This document shows, piece after piece, positions 37,506 through 46,834 of a stretch of DNA of 64,000 nucleotides (positions are counted from its first letter, which is position 1; the number at the start of each line of letters is the position of its first letter). The stretch is from an uncultured Thermoprotei archaeon. GTDB taxonomy: Archaea > Thermoproteota > Thermoprotei > Thermofilales > B15-G2. The stretch covers positions 448-64,447 of the forward strand of contig CBDUKN010000003.1 of NCBI GenBank assembly GCA_965367815.1, in the 5' to 3' direction. The notes under the pieces were generated by a model. The model was not told the origin of the DNA and made no database searches. It saw only the letters and a program-made list of their open reading frames with translations. Made by a program: the position numbers and the translations under genes.

Positions 37506-38168
37506 ATGTTTAAAAAGAAGCTAGATAGGTCTGAGAATAAGGTGCTCGAGCTTGTATTAAACCACGCCAGCTTATGTAAAAAATGTGTAAAAGCTTTATG
37601 TAATGCAATACATTCCTTAAAGGCTTGCAGTATAGATGAATTTAGACGCGAGGTAGCGGCAGTGCATAGAAGTGAAGAAGAAGCCGATGAAATTAGGAGA
37701 AAAATAATTGAAGAGCTAGCTAAAGGCATAGTACCTCCTCTCAGCAGAGAAGACTTCATTAGGCTTGTTGAGCGAATGGACATGATTGCTGACTGGAGTA
37801 GAGACGCGGCAAGGCTACTTGAAATAGAGTTTATAAGAGACGCATTCAGGAATGGAGAATTCTCTAAAATGTTATGTGAAATGGCTTCAAATATATATTA
37901 TTGTGTTGAGCTGACCGAAGAGGCTGTTAAAGAAGCTATGGAAGATTTTAATAAAAGTTTAAAGTTCTTAAATAAAATAGAAGAAATCGAAGAGCAAGTA
38001 GATTTACTCTACGTTAAAAGCTTATCTGTTTTATGCTCTATGAGAATGAACAAACCTGAATACAGTTTAATAGCGGAGAGACTTGTCGAGACTTTGGAGA
38101 ATATATGTGATGCGGCTGAAGACACTGGAGATGTACTCAAAGTAATAATAGTTAGAGCACTAAAGTAG
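37506..38168 (+). CDS. DUF47/PhoU-like (Pit accessory, TIGR00153-type) protein
   Basis: Helical ~220-aa protein with EEEADEIRRKI and DMIADWSRDAA repeats typical of the PhoU-like fold, adjacent to PiT. The likely start is MFKKKLD at 37506. The track start is 37455. Confidence 0.6.
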   Translation: MFKKKLDRSENKVLELVLNHASLCKKCVKALCNAIHSLKACSIDEFRREVAAVHRSEEEADEIRRKIIEELAKGIVPPLSREDFIRLVERMDMIADWSRDAARLLEIEFIRDAFRNGEFSKMLCEMASNIYYCVELTEEAVKEAMEDFNKSLKFLNKIEEIEEQVDLLYVKSLSVLCSMRMNKPEYSLIAERLVETLENICDAAEDTGDVLKVIIVRALK

Positions 38169-39125
38169 AAAACTGTAAATTAATGTAGCTAATCCTGCCG
38201 CTAAAAGCGCTGAGCAAGGAAATGTGAATCCCCATGTAGCTAGTATTTCTTTAAGTCCCTTGATATTAATCCACGATTTTCTAGCGACTCCTATTCCGAG
38301 TACAGCGCTTACAAGCACATGTGTACCTGATAGAGGTAAAGCGAGAAGAGTTCCAATACACAGTGTAATTGCAACTGATACCTGTGCACATAGAGCCGAG
38401 AAAGGATCTAGTTCGACTAACTGTACTCCAACAGACTTAATTACTCTTCTACCTAAAATAAGCAGTCCTAAAGCCATTCCAGCGCCGCAAATCACTCTAG
38501 TTAAAATAGGGTGTCCTGAAACATAGCTGAGAAAACCTGTAGCGTTTGCAATATCGTTTGCTCCCCTAAAGAACGCAGTATAAGCTGTCCATATTGCTAA
38601 AAGTACTGTAGAGTACTTAGATACTGTTAAAAGCTGTCTAAATCCCTTTACTTTTCTCAAATAAATTTTCCTAGCAACTTTGTATACAGCAATTGCCCCT
38701 AGGAGACCTACTAGAGGAGAAATAATCCAGCTCGCTATAACTCTACTCAGTGAAATCCATTTTACTCCACTTAAACCATACTTGTAGATCCCTAAGCCTA
38801 TAGCCGCGCCTACAGTGGAGTGCGTAGTCGAAATAGGCCACCCCCAGTAAGATGCTGCAATAAGCCAAGTGGCGACAGCTAAAAGAATAATAAATGCGTC
38901 AGCTACAGTAACCTGTCCTGCTATCAGTCCTTCGCCAATAGTTTTCTCAACCATGTGGCCCAGAAAGACAGCTCCTAGAAAATTTAAAATAGCTCCTAGT
39001 AGAGCAGCAGCCGCTACTGAGATATAGCCACTGCCCGCTAAAGTGGCCATAGTTTCGTCATTGGCTCCAATACTCCAAGCTATGTAGAAGGCTGCAAGAA
39101 AACTAGCTATAATTAGAGGGTCCAT
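38160..39125 (-). CDS. PiT-family inorganic phosphate transporter
   Basis: Duplicated PHO4 signatures GANDETMATLAGSG and GANDIANATGFL. Multi-TM. Confidence 0.85.
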   Translation of the reverse strand: MDPLIIASFLAAFYIAWSIGANDETMATLAGSGYISVAAAALLGAILNFLGAVFLGHMVEKTIGEGLIAGQVTVADAFIILLAVATWLIAASYWGWPISTTHSTVGAAIGLGIYKYGLSGVKWISLSRVIASWIISPLVGLLGAIAVYKVARKIYLRKVKGFRQLLTVSKYSTVLLAIWTAYTAFFRGANDIANATGFLSYVSGHPILTRVICGAGMALGLLILGRRVIKSVGVQLVELDPFSALCAQVSVAITLCIGTLLALPLSGTHVLVSAVLGIGVARKSWINIKGLKEILATWGFTFPCSALLAAGLATLIYSFLL

Positions 39126-39192
39126 TTAACCACCTTATATACTCTACTAGTGGGTCTAGAGAAATAAGTATTACGCTATAGGTTATATATTC

Positions 39193-39999
39193 TCAGTAAG
39201 CATAGACAAAAACTTGATCAGGGGCTTCAAGACACCCAAATACAGCAACAGTGTACCCATTTTCTTCAAGAATTCTAGAAATAGATGATACACTAGAATA
39301 ACTTGGATGAACTTCAATAACAATTCTCTTCACATACTTGGGCTTAAGTACACTTCTAGCACTTTCAATAACTTTTTCTTCAAATCCCTCAATATCGATT
39401 TTCATTAAGTCAACTATACCTACTTGGTGCACAAGATAATCTAACTTAATAGCCTTTACTTCAACTACTTTACTCAAATAATCCATTTCCTCAACATATT
39501 TTCTTAAGAGAGAAGAATTGGCTCCATATTCAGCAACATATATTCTTTCAATGCCACTCTTAGTAGATACACAAGCATTAATAGCTTCAATATTGCTCAA
39601 CTTGTTTAACAAAATATTAGCTTTCAAAAACTTATAGTTAAATGGAATAGGTTCAATAGCGTAAATTTTTCCTCTAAAGCCAGCTAACTTAGCGGCCTTA
39701 ATAGTGTATAAGCCTACAAAAGCCCCTATGTCTACTATAGTCCAGTTACCTTTAGGAGTAAATTCTCTCAACTGCTCATAGTCCCTGTAGTAGTATATAT
39801 GAAGTACATTAAGCCATATCCACGGAAAATATTTCAAAGGAAGAAATGCTTTAAGACCATAAGGCAGGGCAACGAGACTATAATAATTTCTGCTTAAGAG
39901 AGAGAAGAGAGACGAATATAGAAGCGTTGCTATCGAAAAAATATTTGCTCTAAGTGACACTGACTCTTTTAAGTAATTTACTATTTGACTTAAAGACAC
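39193..39999 (-). CDS. FkbM-family SAM-dependent methyltransferase
   Basis: IVDIGAFVGLYTIKAA (SAM motif I) and LMKIDIEGFEEKVI (FkbM hallmark). Confidence 0.75.
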   Translation of the reverse strand: MSLSQIVNYLKESVSLRANIFSIATLLYSSLFSLLSRNYYSLVALPYGLKAFLPLKYFPWIWLNVLHIYYYRDYEQLREFTPKGNWTIVDIGAFVGLYTIKAAKLAGFRGKIYAIEPIPFNYKFLKANILLNKLSNIEAINACVSTKSGIERIYVAEYGANSSLLRKYVEEMDYLSKVVEVKAIKLDYLVHQVGIVDLMKIDIEGFEEKVIESARSVLKPKYVKRIVIEVHPSYSSVSSISRILEENGYTVAVFGCLEAPDQVFVYAY

Positions 40000-40173
40000 A
40001 TTCTACTTAATTTATTCAAATTAAATACTATTTCTTTCAATAGTAATTTCCACAAATTTTCTTAAACTCGATTTATGTGAAAATATTTTGTTCGTAATGT
40101 AAGTTACTTAGCAGAGCATTACTGTTCACCAGCAACCTGAAGCGCTGTGTATTTTCAATTAAATACTATAACT

Positions 40174-40626
40174 TTAATATTTACTATTCTGTTCTCGAGG
40201 TACTGCTTCTATAACTATATTGACGTAAAGTGATTTTCTGAAAATTATATTCATGCAAATAATGTCTACAGTTATTTTTCTTATATCCCATCTGGTGTAA
40301 TTTAAAAAAGTATACTTAATAAAAACGAAGGTTTCTTCACTAGGGTCTAGTGTACTATTGAAAATAAGCTCTTTAACTAGTATCTCATTAGGCGGAGGAG
40401 GATCTAAGCTTATTCTGAGTATTTTTATGGGAAGAAAATAATCGTTTCTTATGTAAAGTAAAAGAGATGTACTAACGACTTTTTCGGGAAAAGCGTCTTT
40501 TGAAAGAATACATTTACTATAGACCAGTAAAGGCTTTACTTCTAAATGAGGTGTGAGTACTATAGCAGATACTGTAGCAAAAACAAGTAAAATTATCACA
40601 AAAATAACCCAGTACTTTTTCAACAT
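40174..40626 (-). CDS. Small N-terminally TM-anchored hypothetical protein
   Basis: 150 aa. YWVIFVIILLVFATVSAIVL anchor, beta-rich ectodomain, PPPP. Starts 29 nt downstream of the radical SAM gene. Confidence 0.5.
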   Translation of the reverse strand: MLKKYWVIFVIILLVFATVSAIVLTPHLEVKPLLVYSKCILSKDAFPEKVVSTSLLLYIRNDYFLPIKILRISLDPPPPNEILVKELIFNSTLDPSEETFVFIKYTFLNYTRWDIRKITVDIICMNIIFRKSLYVNIVIEAVPREQNSKY

Positions 40627-40655
40627 ATTCTGCTATAATATGGTATATGGGAAAT

Positions 40656-42149
40656 TTAAGGTTTTAGCTCTACCTTAAGCAATCTACCTCTATAGGTATT
40701 TTTTACTGGAGAAAGTGTGGTCTTAAAGTAATCAGCATTGTTTATGCATCCAGGGTCCGATCCAAGAATATTTCCTGTGTAGGCTAGTGCTCTCGCTCTA
40801 CAGCCTCCGCAGACATATTTGTAGGGGCAGTGTTTGCAGTTTTCTTCGAGTTTACTTCTATCTCTAAGAGCATTAAATACTGGCGCATTTTTCCAGAGAA
40901 CAGAGAACTTTTCTTCACTGAGATTTCCTACAACTACATTTGGTATGAAGACGCATGGCGTTAAGTCACCGTTGGGCTCTATTGCCGCATATATTCTGCC
41001 GGCCCCGCATCCTCCAATGTACTCTGCTAGAGCTGCTACAATAGGGTCTCCTCGTACATAGAAGTGTGTGGGTGCAACATCTTTTCCTCCGCTCATTTCA
41101 AGAGAAACTCGAGCGAACTGAGGTGCTGTACTGAATACTTGTACTTTTCTCCGCTGGTTTTCGAGATAGAGTTTGCGGAGCAGTTCTTCTCTTTCCTCTG
41201 GAGTCAGATCAAGTTCGACTAAGTCTTTTCCTCTGCCTACTGGAATGAAGTTGAAGAAAACTACTCTCTCTACTCCAAGTTCTTCCGCTAGATCAATTAT
41301 ATCAGATACTTCATCTAAATTCATTTTAGTTACAGTAGTAGCTATAGCTGTAGAGAAACCTAGTTCTACAGCATTTTTAACACCCTGCACAGTTTTCTTC
41401 CAAGCACCCTTTACTCCTCTAAAAGCATCGTGTTTATCTGGGTCAGCTGAATCGACGCTTATTTCAACGTATCTTAGTCCTAGTTTTCTGAGTTTTTCTG
41501 CATACTTCCGGTCAGCTAGCCTTATGCCGTTAGTAGCTAGCGCAGTATACATGCCTGCGTCTGCAGCCGCCTTGAGTACTATCGGGAAGTCAGGATGTAT
41601 TGTAGGTTCTCCCCCGGAGAAAGCTACTGCGGCTACACCAGCTTCATCAAGCTGTCTAATTACATAAAGTTTCTCGTTTAAAGTAAGCTCGTCTGGCGTA
41701 GGTCTATCTGCTTTCTGATAGCAGTGCTTGCACTTCAAGTTACACATGTTAGTAAAGTTCCAGACTACTAGGAAAGGTGCTGGCAGTTTCTGGGGCACAG
41801 TAATGCCGTAGAGTGCTAGGCCTTCAAGTACTAGTGCTAGGCCTCGTCTAATAGATGGATCTTTAAGAGCTTCATATACCTCTTCGCGGTTTCCATTGAA
41901 GTACTTTACAGCTAAATCAAATACTGTTTTAAGTAATTTAGAGTAAAATCTCGCGATAAAACATGATTCTGTGTCTTCCTCTACAATAAGTCTTAAAGCT
42001 TCATAGGCTATCTTCCTTCTTTCACCGTTAACCGATATCTCGCTCGAAAGTGGCTTAATGACATATCTGAAGAGAGGGAATTTTAGCAAGAATCTAGCTC
42101 CAGTGAGCAGAGAGGGGACTCCTCCTCGAACATTGTTATTTCCTGTCAT
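40656..42149 (-). CDS. Radical SAM enzyme with C-terminal SPASM-type auxiliary-cluster domain and ~125-aa N-terminal extension
   Basis: NMCNLKCKHCY (CxxxCxxC), FSGGEPT, and a C-terminal Cys cluster GGCGAGR...PCVF...CKHCPYKYVCGGCRARA. Confidence 0.85.
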   Translation of the reverse strand: MTGNNNVRGGVPSLLTGARFLLKFPLFRYVIKPLSSEISVNGERRKIAYEALRLIVEEDTESCFIARFYSKLLKTVFDLAVKYFNGNREEVYEALKDPSIRRGLALVLEGLALYGITVPQKLPAPFLVVWNFTNMCNLKCKHCYQKADRPTPDELTLNEKLYVIRQLDEAGVAAVAFSGGEPTIHPDFPIVLKAAADAGMYTALATNGIRLADRKYAEKLRKLGLRYVEISVDSADPDKHDAFRGVKGAWKKTVQGVKNAVELGFSTAIATTVTKMNLDEVSDIIDLAEELGVERVVFFNFIPVGRGKDLVELDLTPEEREELLRKLYLENQRRKVQVFSTAPQFARVSLEMSGGKDVAPTHFYVRGDPIVAALAEYIGGCGAGRIYAAIEPNGDLTPCVFIPNVVVGNLSEEKFSVLWKNAPVFNALRDRSKLEENCKHCPYKYVCGGCRARALAYTGNILGSDPGCINNADYFKTTLSPVKNTYRGRLLKVELKP

Positions 42150-42299
42150 TAGGGGTCAATAAAACTATTTGCTTAACGCAATATTAATTTTTCCTAATTT
42201 CTAAAAATATAAAAACAAGTGGGACTTCGCTGTAGAGCACTAAAGTCTACTTAATATATCGCTTATTTATCTAATAGAACTATATGGCTTAAATGTCAT

Positions 42300-43265
42300 T
42301 TAACTTAGCTTAAGTCTTTTTAAAAGCTCTACAAAAATTCCTGCAGCCATAGTTGTATAGAAAACTATGTCTATTAGAAAATATACTAGTGAGCGTAGTT
42401 TCTTAGTTTTCTTTAGGTAAAGTATAGAGAGAACAATATAGGCTACAGGAAGAAGTGCTGCAAAATACCAGCAACCCACTATTAGCGCTGCTAGAGCTAC
42501 AGCAAAGTAAGTATAGAGAATGGCTGCGCTGAGCGTGCCGTATAGTGCTAGAGGACAGTTTCTGTACTTAGAGTAAAATAAGTAATGTCCTCTCCCGTAA
42601 TTATACGCTCTTTTAAGAAGTTTTCTTAAACTCTTAGTGTGGTAGTGCTCTACTTTAATTGAGGGAGACACTCTAATATCGTAGTTTTGGAGACACAGTC
42701 TCCAGAGGAGTTCTGTTTCCTCGTATCCTCCTCTAAATTCCTCGTCGAAGAGAAAGCCTTCATCGAAGACCTTTCTTCTGAAGGCAAGGTTATTGCTATT
42801 AGGTACTCTTACCTTATGGAAATTTTCTCTAGTTATCTTTACTTCACTGCTGTAAATAGGCATCATAGGCCATAGAGCCTCATTGTAGTACTCTGCTACA
42901 ATACTTCCCTTAAGTTCTCTAGCAGTGTATACTGAGCCTCCTACAGCTATAGTGTTCCTATGTTTTTCAAAAAACTCTGCTATATTCTTAAGCCAGTCAT
43001 GAGAGACACGGCAGTCTCCATCAGTAAACGCTATAATATCTCCTTTAGATAATTTAACTCCAATATTTCGAGCAAGATTAGCGCCTCGGGGAGGAACTCT
43101 AACTACTTTAACGAAAGGATATTCTGAAGCTATTTCAGGTGTCTTGTCTTCTGAGCTGTCTACTACTATTACTTCGAAGTCTCTGTACTCCTGCTGTTTA
43201 AGTGACTCAAGTAGCATTCTTATAGTAGACTCGCTATTTCGCGTAGGCACTACAACAGATATCAT
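42300..43265 (-). CDS. Family 2 glycosyltransferase with C-terminal TM segments
   Basis: ISVVVPTRNSESTI, FEVIVVDSSEDKT and AFTDGDC (DxD). Hydrophobic tail. Confidence 0.85.
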   Translation of the reverse strand: MISVVVPTRNSESTIRMLLESLKQQEYRDFEVIVVDSSEDKTPEIASEYPFVKVVRVPPRGANLARNIGVKLSKGDIIAFTDGDCRVSHDWLKNIAEFFEKHRNTIAVGGSVYTARELKGSIVAEYYNEALWPMMPIYSSEVKITRENFHKVRVPNSNNLAFRRKVFDEGFLFDEEFRGGYEETELLWRLCLQNYDIRVSPSIKVEHYHTKSLRKLLKRAYNYGRGHYLFYSKYRNCPLALYGTLSAAILYTYFAVALAALIVGCWYFAALLPVAYIVLSILYLKKTKKLRSLVYFLIDIVFYTTMAAGIFVELLKRLKLS

Positions 43266-43533
43266 TTAAAGCACCTAGTTCTAGATACAAAGGAATATAT
43301 TTTAGTAAATGCTTTCTGCCATATGATAGTAGATAGTTATTCCACATGAAATAGATCTCGGGATAGAAGGCTATCATAAAATAATTACCGATAAAGGGGT
43401 TTCCTACGTTAATATTGATGATAGAGTAGATATTGTTGCTAAAAACATCCTGATGGAAGAGTGAGTGTTTCTACAGACAGAGGTAAAATAATTAAACAAA
43501 TAATAGAAAAGACAGAGGTAATAGATATTCACG

Positions 43534-46500
43534 TTAAGTAAGCATAGTGTACTTAACTTTAGATAAAGCTCTGTAAGCTCTAGCATCGCTTAAAGTTTTC
43601 GCTATTACTAGAAAAACATGGTATATGCGTGTTTCTCCGGGCTCGATATATTTCAGAGGAAACATTATTGCGTCGAGTGTACATGTTTTAGCGAAACCTA
43701 TTGATGCGGCTAGAGCAATATCATTGCGCTGAGGCTTAATTAGAGCTAAAGCACCTTTACTGCTGTACACTACGGCGTAGTCGCTTAGAGTCGTCGGCCA
43801 GGAAGACTCGTATTCGTATACTTCTTTAACGTATTCTTCTCCATCATAGGGTATGAGTGCTCCTTTAGCGTTTTCTCCTCCAGGCTTAGGGAAAATTGAC
43901 AGAAATAGTTCTGGCTTAATATACCGCCTAGTACTATTTACTACATTTGTTATGGAGAGAATTATGTTGCTGTAAGGCTTAGTTAAGTAGTATTGCTCCA
44001 GTATTACTCCTTTGAGGCGTCTATTTTTCTCGTAGCTGACTTTAGTCCATACCTTTACTCCTCTCCACGAGCCTACTGTTGCTTCTTCTACAGCCCACTT
44101 TTCTCTAAATAAGTTGTCGCGGCCCCACCTGTCTTTTAGTCTTATACCGCCGTACCACGGGTTAATCCAATCGAGTGGCTTTGGCTTGGGATAAGACGAC
44201 ATTAAGTGAGATACTTCTGTTTTCTTATCTACTAGCTTGTAGAGTGTTCCCGCGAAATCTCCGTCTATTTTCATTACTAGTAGCCCATTGTCTACAGTAG
44301 CCTTATTTCCTTGAATAGTAACTGCTACTTCTCCTTCACGCCCAACAACCACTACTGGTATTTCTTTCTTGAAGAGGCCGTAATTCGAGTAGAGCAGGCA
44401 GCTAATAGTGTAGCAGCAGGGCGTGAGTTCAGGTACTTCGATTTTAATTTTCTTTCGGTATTCTTTTTCGTGGAGTTCTCCGAGCTCGATTTTAGCTGGC
44501 TCTACTTTTACTTTAGGCGATGTAAGCTCAATTCTGCCTTTAAGCTTCTTTTCTCTATGCTTCACTAAAGACAGCTCTATTTCAGTTGACCTGGTTTCAA
44601 GTAGTACTGGCTCGGGCAAAGAACGTATTTCTACGACATCTACTTTGCTGTAAGCCACTTCTGTTTCAGGAGCTTTTTTCTCGAAGATTCTCTTGTAGTA
44701 GTTTCGTATATCTTTCCAGGAGCCTTTACCGACGTAAATGTATACTGGAGGTAGTTCTACACGAGAATACGGTTTGAGCTTAACTACATAGATTAGTCTG
44801 GGTAAACTTCCCCAAGAGAAGTCTACTTCATCTAAGTTTTCTCTACTCCAAATAGCTCCTACTACTTCTCCTCCCCTATACACGTAGCAAGACCAGTTTT
44901 CAGAAAACTCGTCGGGCTTTGTCGGTAGGTCTCTTTTTCTTCCAGGAAATTCTCCCGGAATAACTGTCGCCTCTAAAATATTTTCTTTCAAAGGCACTAC
45001 TAGTTTACGTGCCTGCCAACTCGAAGAATGCATAGGTATTCTAAGTTTAACTGTTTTTTCTACATTAGAATTGTTTACAAGTAAGTAAGATATTTTAATT
45101 AATGGAGAAGAGCCTTTCACTTCAATTATCTTAAAGAATTCTAGGCCTGGTACTTTTCTTAATCGAGCTTTTCCTACGATTTTTACTGAGCCGTTTTCTT
45201 CAATTAAGTCTACGTCAAAGAGTGTGCGCCCGAGTTCACTTGGCCAGAAGGGAGGCCCTATGCTTTCTCCACTAGTAAAACATACTCCTTCTCTGTCAAT
45301 TTTACGTATGACACTAAAGCTTAGTCCTTTTAAACGTACATGTAGAAGGTAGTCTCCCCAGTCTACTACAGCTCTTTTTTCTTTTCGGTCGATATAGCCT
45401 ACTGCCTCACCCGGCTTAGCTATCGTTATGTATATTGTCTTAGGAGGAGACTTAATGCCCTCTACTTCATACGATAGAAACAGCGCAGTTTTCTTTAATG
45501 AAGGATCTGTTAACTTTACTTTAAGTGGAAGCGCTATTTCTTCCTCTGCACTGGCTTCAAATAAGTATTCTCGAGGACTGACTTCTACTCCTTTATCGGC
45601 TACTACTGTTACTCTACCTTTTACTTTTTTCTTAAAATTATTGGCTAGGTTTACTGGTATAGTTCCTGTAGATAAAGGAGGATAGGAGGGGTGTTCAAGT
45701 ATCTTGATTGCTAGTGGAGGCTTTTCATCAAAACCGGTAAAAAGATTGAATGGTAAACCGTTTAACACTGCTGTTGTCTTGAGTTTTAGTGGAGGTTCGT
45801 CGAAAGATTTTTCTTCGGCTTCTATGTCTACTAAGGCTTCGGCTTCAACTACTTTTTCTTCACCGGGTTTGACAGTGATGCTTGAGGGAGGTTTCTTTAA
45901 AACCTTGACTCCTTTCTCTGCTTCAGGTAGAAGTACTACATTGAAGGGTTTACTTGATCTATTAACTATTCTGTAGAGTACTCTAAATGGAGCTCCTTTA
46001 ACTACTCTGTCTTCTTCAGTAAGGCACTCTATTAGACCTTCATTCCACTCTAGTCCGCAAAGACCCCAGCCGTATCTGTCTATTATTGCCTTAAGGAAGT
46101 CTCCGTTTATTCTCCACTCATAAACATATACGCTCCTATTCTGGTACTCGTATTCATCTTCTTCAGCTTTTAAGTCTCTTTTAAAGCTATATAATGCATT
46201 AGAATGCTTTGCGAAGAATTCTTTGGCTATAGGAGTCTTTAACACTTGTGGAAGATAATTCTGCATATAGACGCTGGTCTCAGGTACCCAGAACCAGCCT
46301 AGCTTTTTGTAAAGTCTTATTGCTTTCTCGTTTCCTGCCCAAGTATGTAGATCGACTCTATCGACTCCAAGAGATATTGAGCGCTTAATAGCTTCTTTAA
46401 GTAACTTTGTGCCTATACCTCTACCACGGTACTTTGGGTGAACATTTACTAGCGCCACATAAGTAGCGTCTTCGCCTATCCAGTGTTTAGTCAGCTCTAA

Positions 46501-46707
46501 GTAGCCTACAATCTTTTTATCACACTCAGCTACTAGTACAGCTAAAGCATCTGAAGACTTTATTTTATCTAAAACAGTTTCAGCTGTATAAGGTACTCCT
46601 CCAGTTAATCCCCCAGGCCAGCCTTCTTCGCTCTCGTTAAATAACTGGGCTAAACCGGGAGCATCTTTTTCAACAAAATCTCTAACAATAACTGTTTCAT
46701 CGGACAT
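43534..46707 (-). CDS. 1057-aa fusion: N-terminal GNAT acetyltransferase domain + ~900 aa of unassigned beta-rich domains
   Basis: VNVHPKYRGRGIGTKLLKEAIKRS (acetyl-CoA motif A) lies within aa ~1-160. No signal peptide or TM. The rest has no motif I recognise. Confidence 0.7.
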   Translation of the reverse strand: MSDETVIVRDFVEKDAPGLAQLFNESEEGWPGGLTGGVPYTAETVLDKIKSSDALAVLVAECDKKIVGYLELTKHWIGEDATYVALVNVHPKYRGRGIGTKLLKEAIKRSISLGVDRVDLHTWAGNEKAIRLYKKLGWFWVPETSVYMQNYLPQVLKTPIAKEFFAKHSNALYSFKRDLKAEEDEYEYQNRSVYVYEWRINGDFLKAIIDRYGWGLCGLEWNEGLIECLTEEDRVVKGAPFRVLYRIVNRSSKPFNVVLLPEAEKGVKVLKKPPSSITVKPGEEKVVEAEALVDIEAEEKSFDEPPLKLKTTAVLNGLPFNLFTGFDEKPPLAIKILEHPSYPPLSTGTIPVNLANNFKKKVKGRVTVVADKGVEVSPREYLFEASAEEEIALPLKVKLTDPSLKKTALFLSYEVEGIKSPPKTIYITIAKPGEAVGYIDRKEKRAVVDWGDYLLHVRLKGLSFSVIRKIDREGVCFTSGESIGPPFWPSELGRTLFDVDLIEENGSVKIVGKARLRKVPGLEFFKIIEVKGSSPLIKISYLLVNNSNVEKTVKLRIPMHSSSWQARKLVVPLKENILEATVIPGEFPGRKRDLPTKPDEFSENWSCYVYRGGEVVGAIWSRENLDEVDFSWGSLPRLIYVVKLKPYSRVELPPVYIYVGKGSWKDIRNYYKRIFEKKAPETEVAYSKVDVVEIRSLPEPVLLETRSTEIELSLVKHREKKLKGRIELTSPKVKVEPAKIELGELHEKEYRKKIKIEVPELTPCCYTISCLLYSNYGLFKKEIPVVVVGREGEVAVTIQGNKATVDNGLLVMKIDGDFAGTLYKLVDKKTEVSHLMSSYPKPKPLDWINPWYGGIRLKDRWGRDNLFREKWAVEEATVGSWRGVKVWTKVSYEKNRRLKGVILEQYYLTKPYSNIILSITNVVNSTRRYIKPELFLSIFPKPGGENAKGALIPYDGEEYVKEVYEYESSWPTTLSDYAVVYSSKGALALIKPQRNDIALAASIGFAKTCTLDAIMFPLKYIEPGETRIYHVFLVIAKTLSDARAYRALSKVKYTMLT

Positions 46708-46834
46708 GGTTGATGAAATAAGGGGCTAAGGAAATTTAACTCTATTCTCCGTAGGAAAGTGTAGGGGATTTACTTAAGTTAAGATATTTTTGTACGACAT
46801 AAGGTGTTTTATACTCTGAGTTCAATATGTCTAT

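Noticed and set aside
37442-37783. 113-aa minus-strand ORF
   Set aside because: Antisense to the 5' part of the PhoU-like DUF47 gene. Ser/Leu-rich.
40014-40172. Direct repeat TTCAA(A)TTAAATACTAT (40015-40031 and 40154-40169)
   Set aside because: It is an A/T-only sequence in AT-rich intergenic DNA. The first copy is at TATA-box distance from the FkbM start, so it is plausibly just promoter-like sequence. This is too weak to call a repeat element.
41173-41667. 164-aa plus-strand ORF (and 40834-41061)
   Set aside because: Antisense to the radical SAM/SPASM gene. Ser-rich with no motif.
43420-43475. Possible C/D-box sRNA (TTGATGAT ... CTGATGG)
   Set aside because: The C-like and D-like boxes are ~28 nt apart with no D'/C' pair. 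The region is AT-rich with no terminal stem.
43404-43586. 60-aa minus-strand ORF
   Set aside because: It overlaps the 3' end of the 1057-aa gene. Its hydrophobic low-complexity sequence in AT-rich DNA has no support.
44311-45976. Five plus-strand ORFs of 63-90 aa
   Set aside because: All are antisense within the uninterrupted 1057-aa GNAT-fusion ORF.
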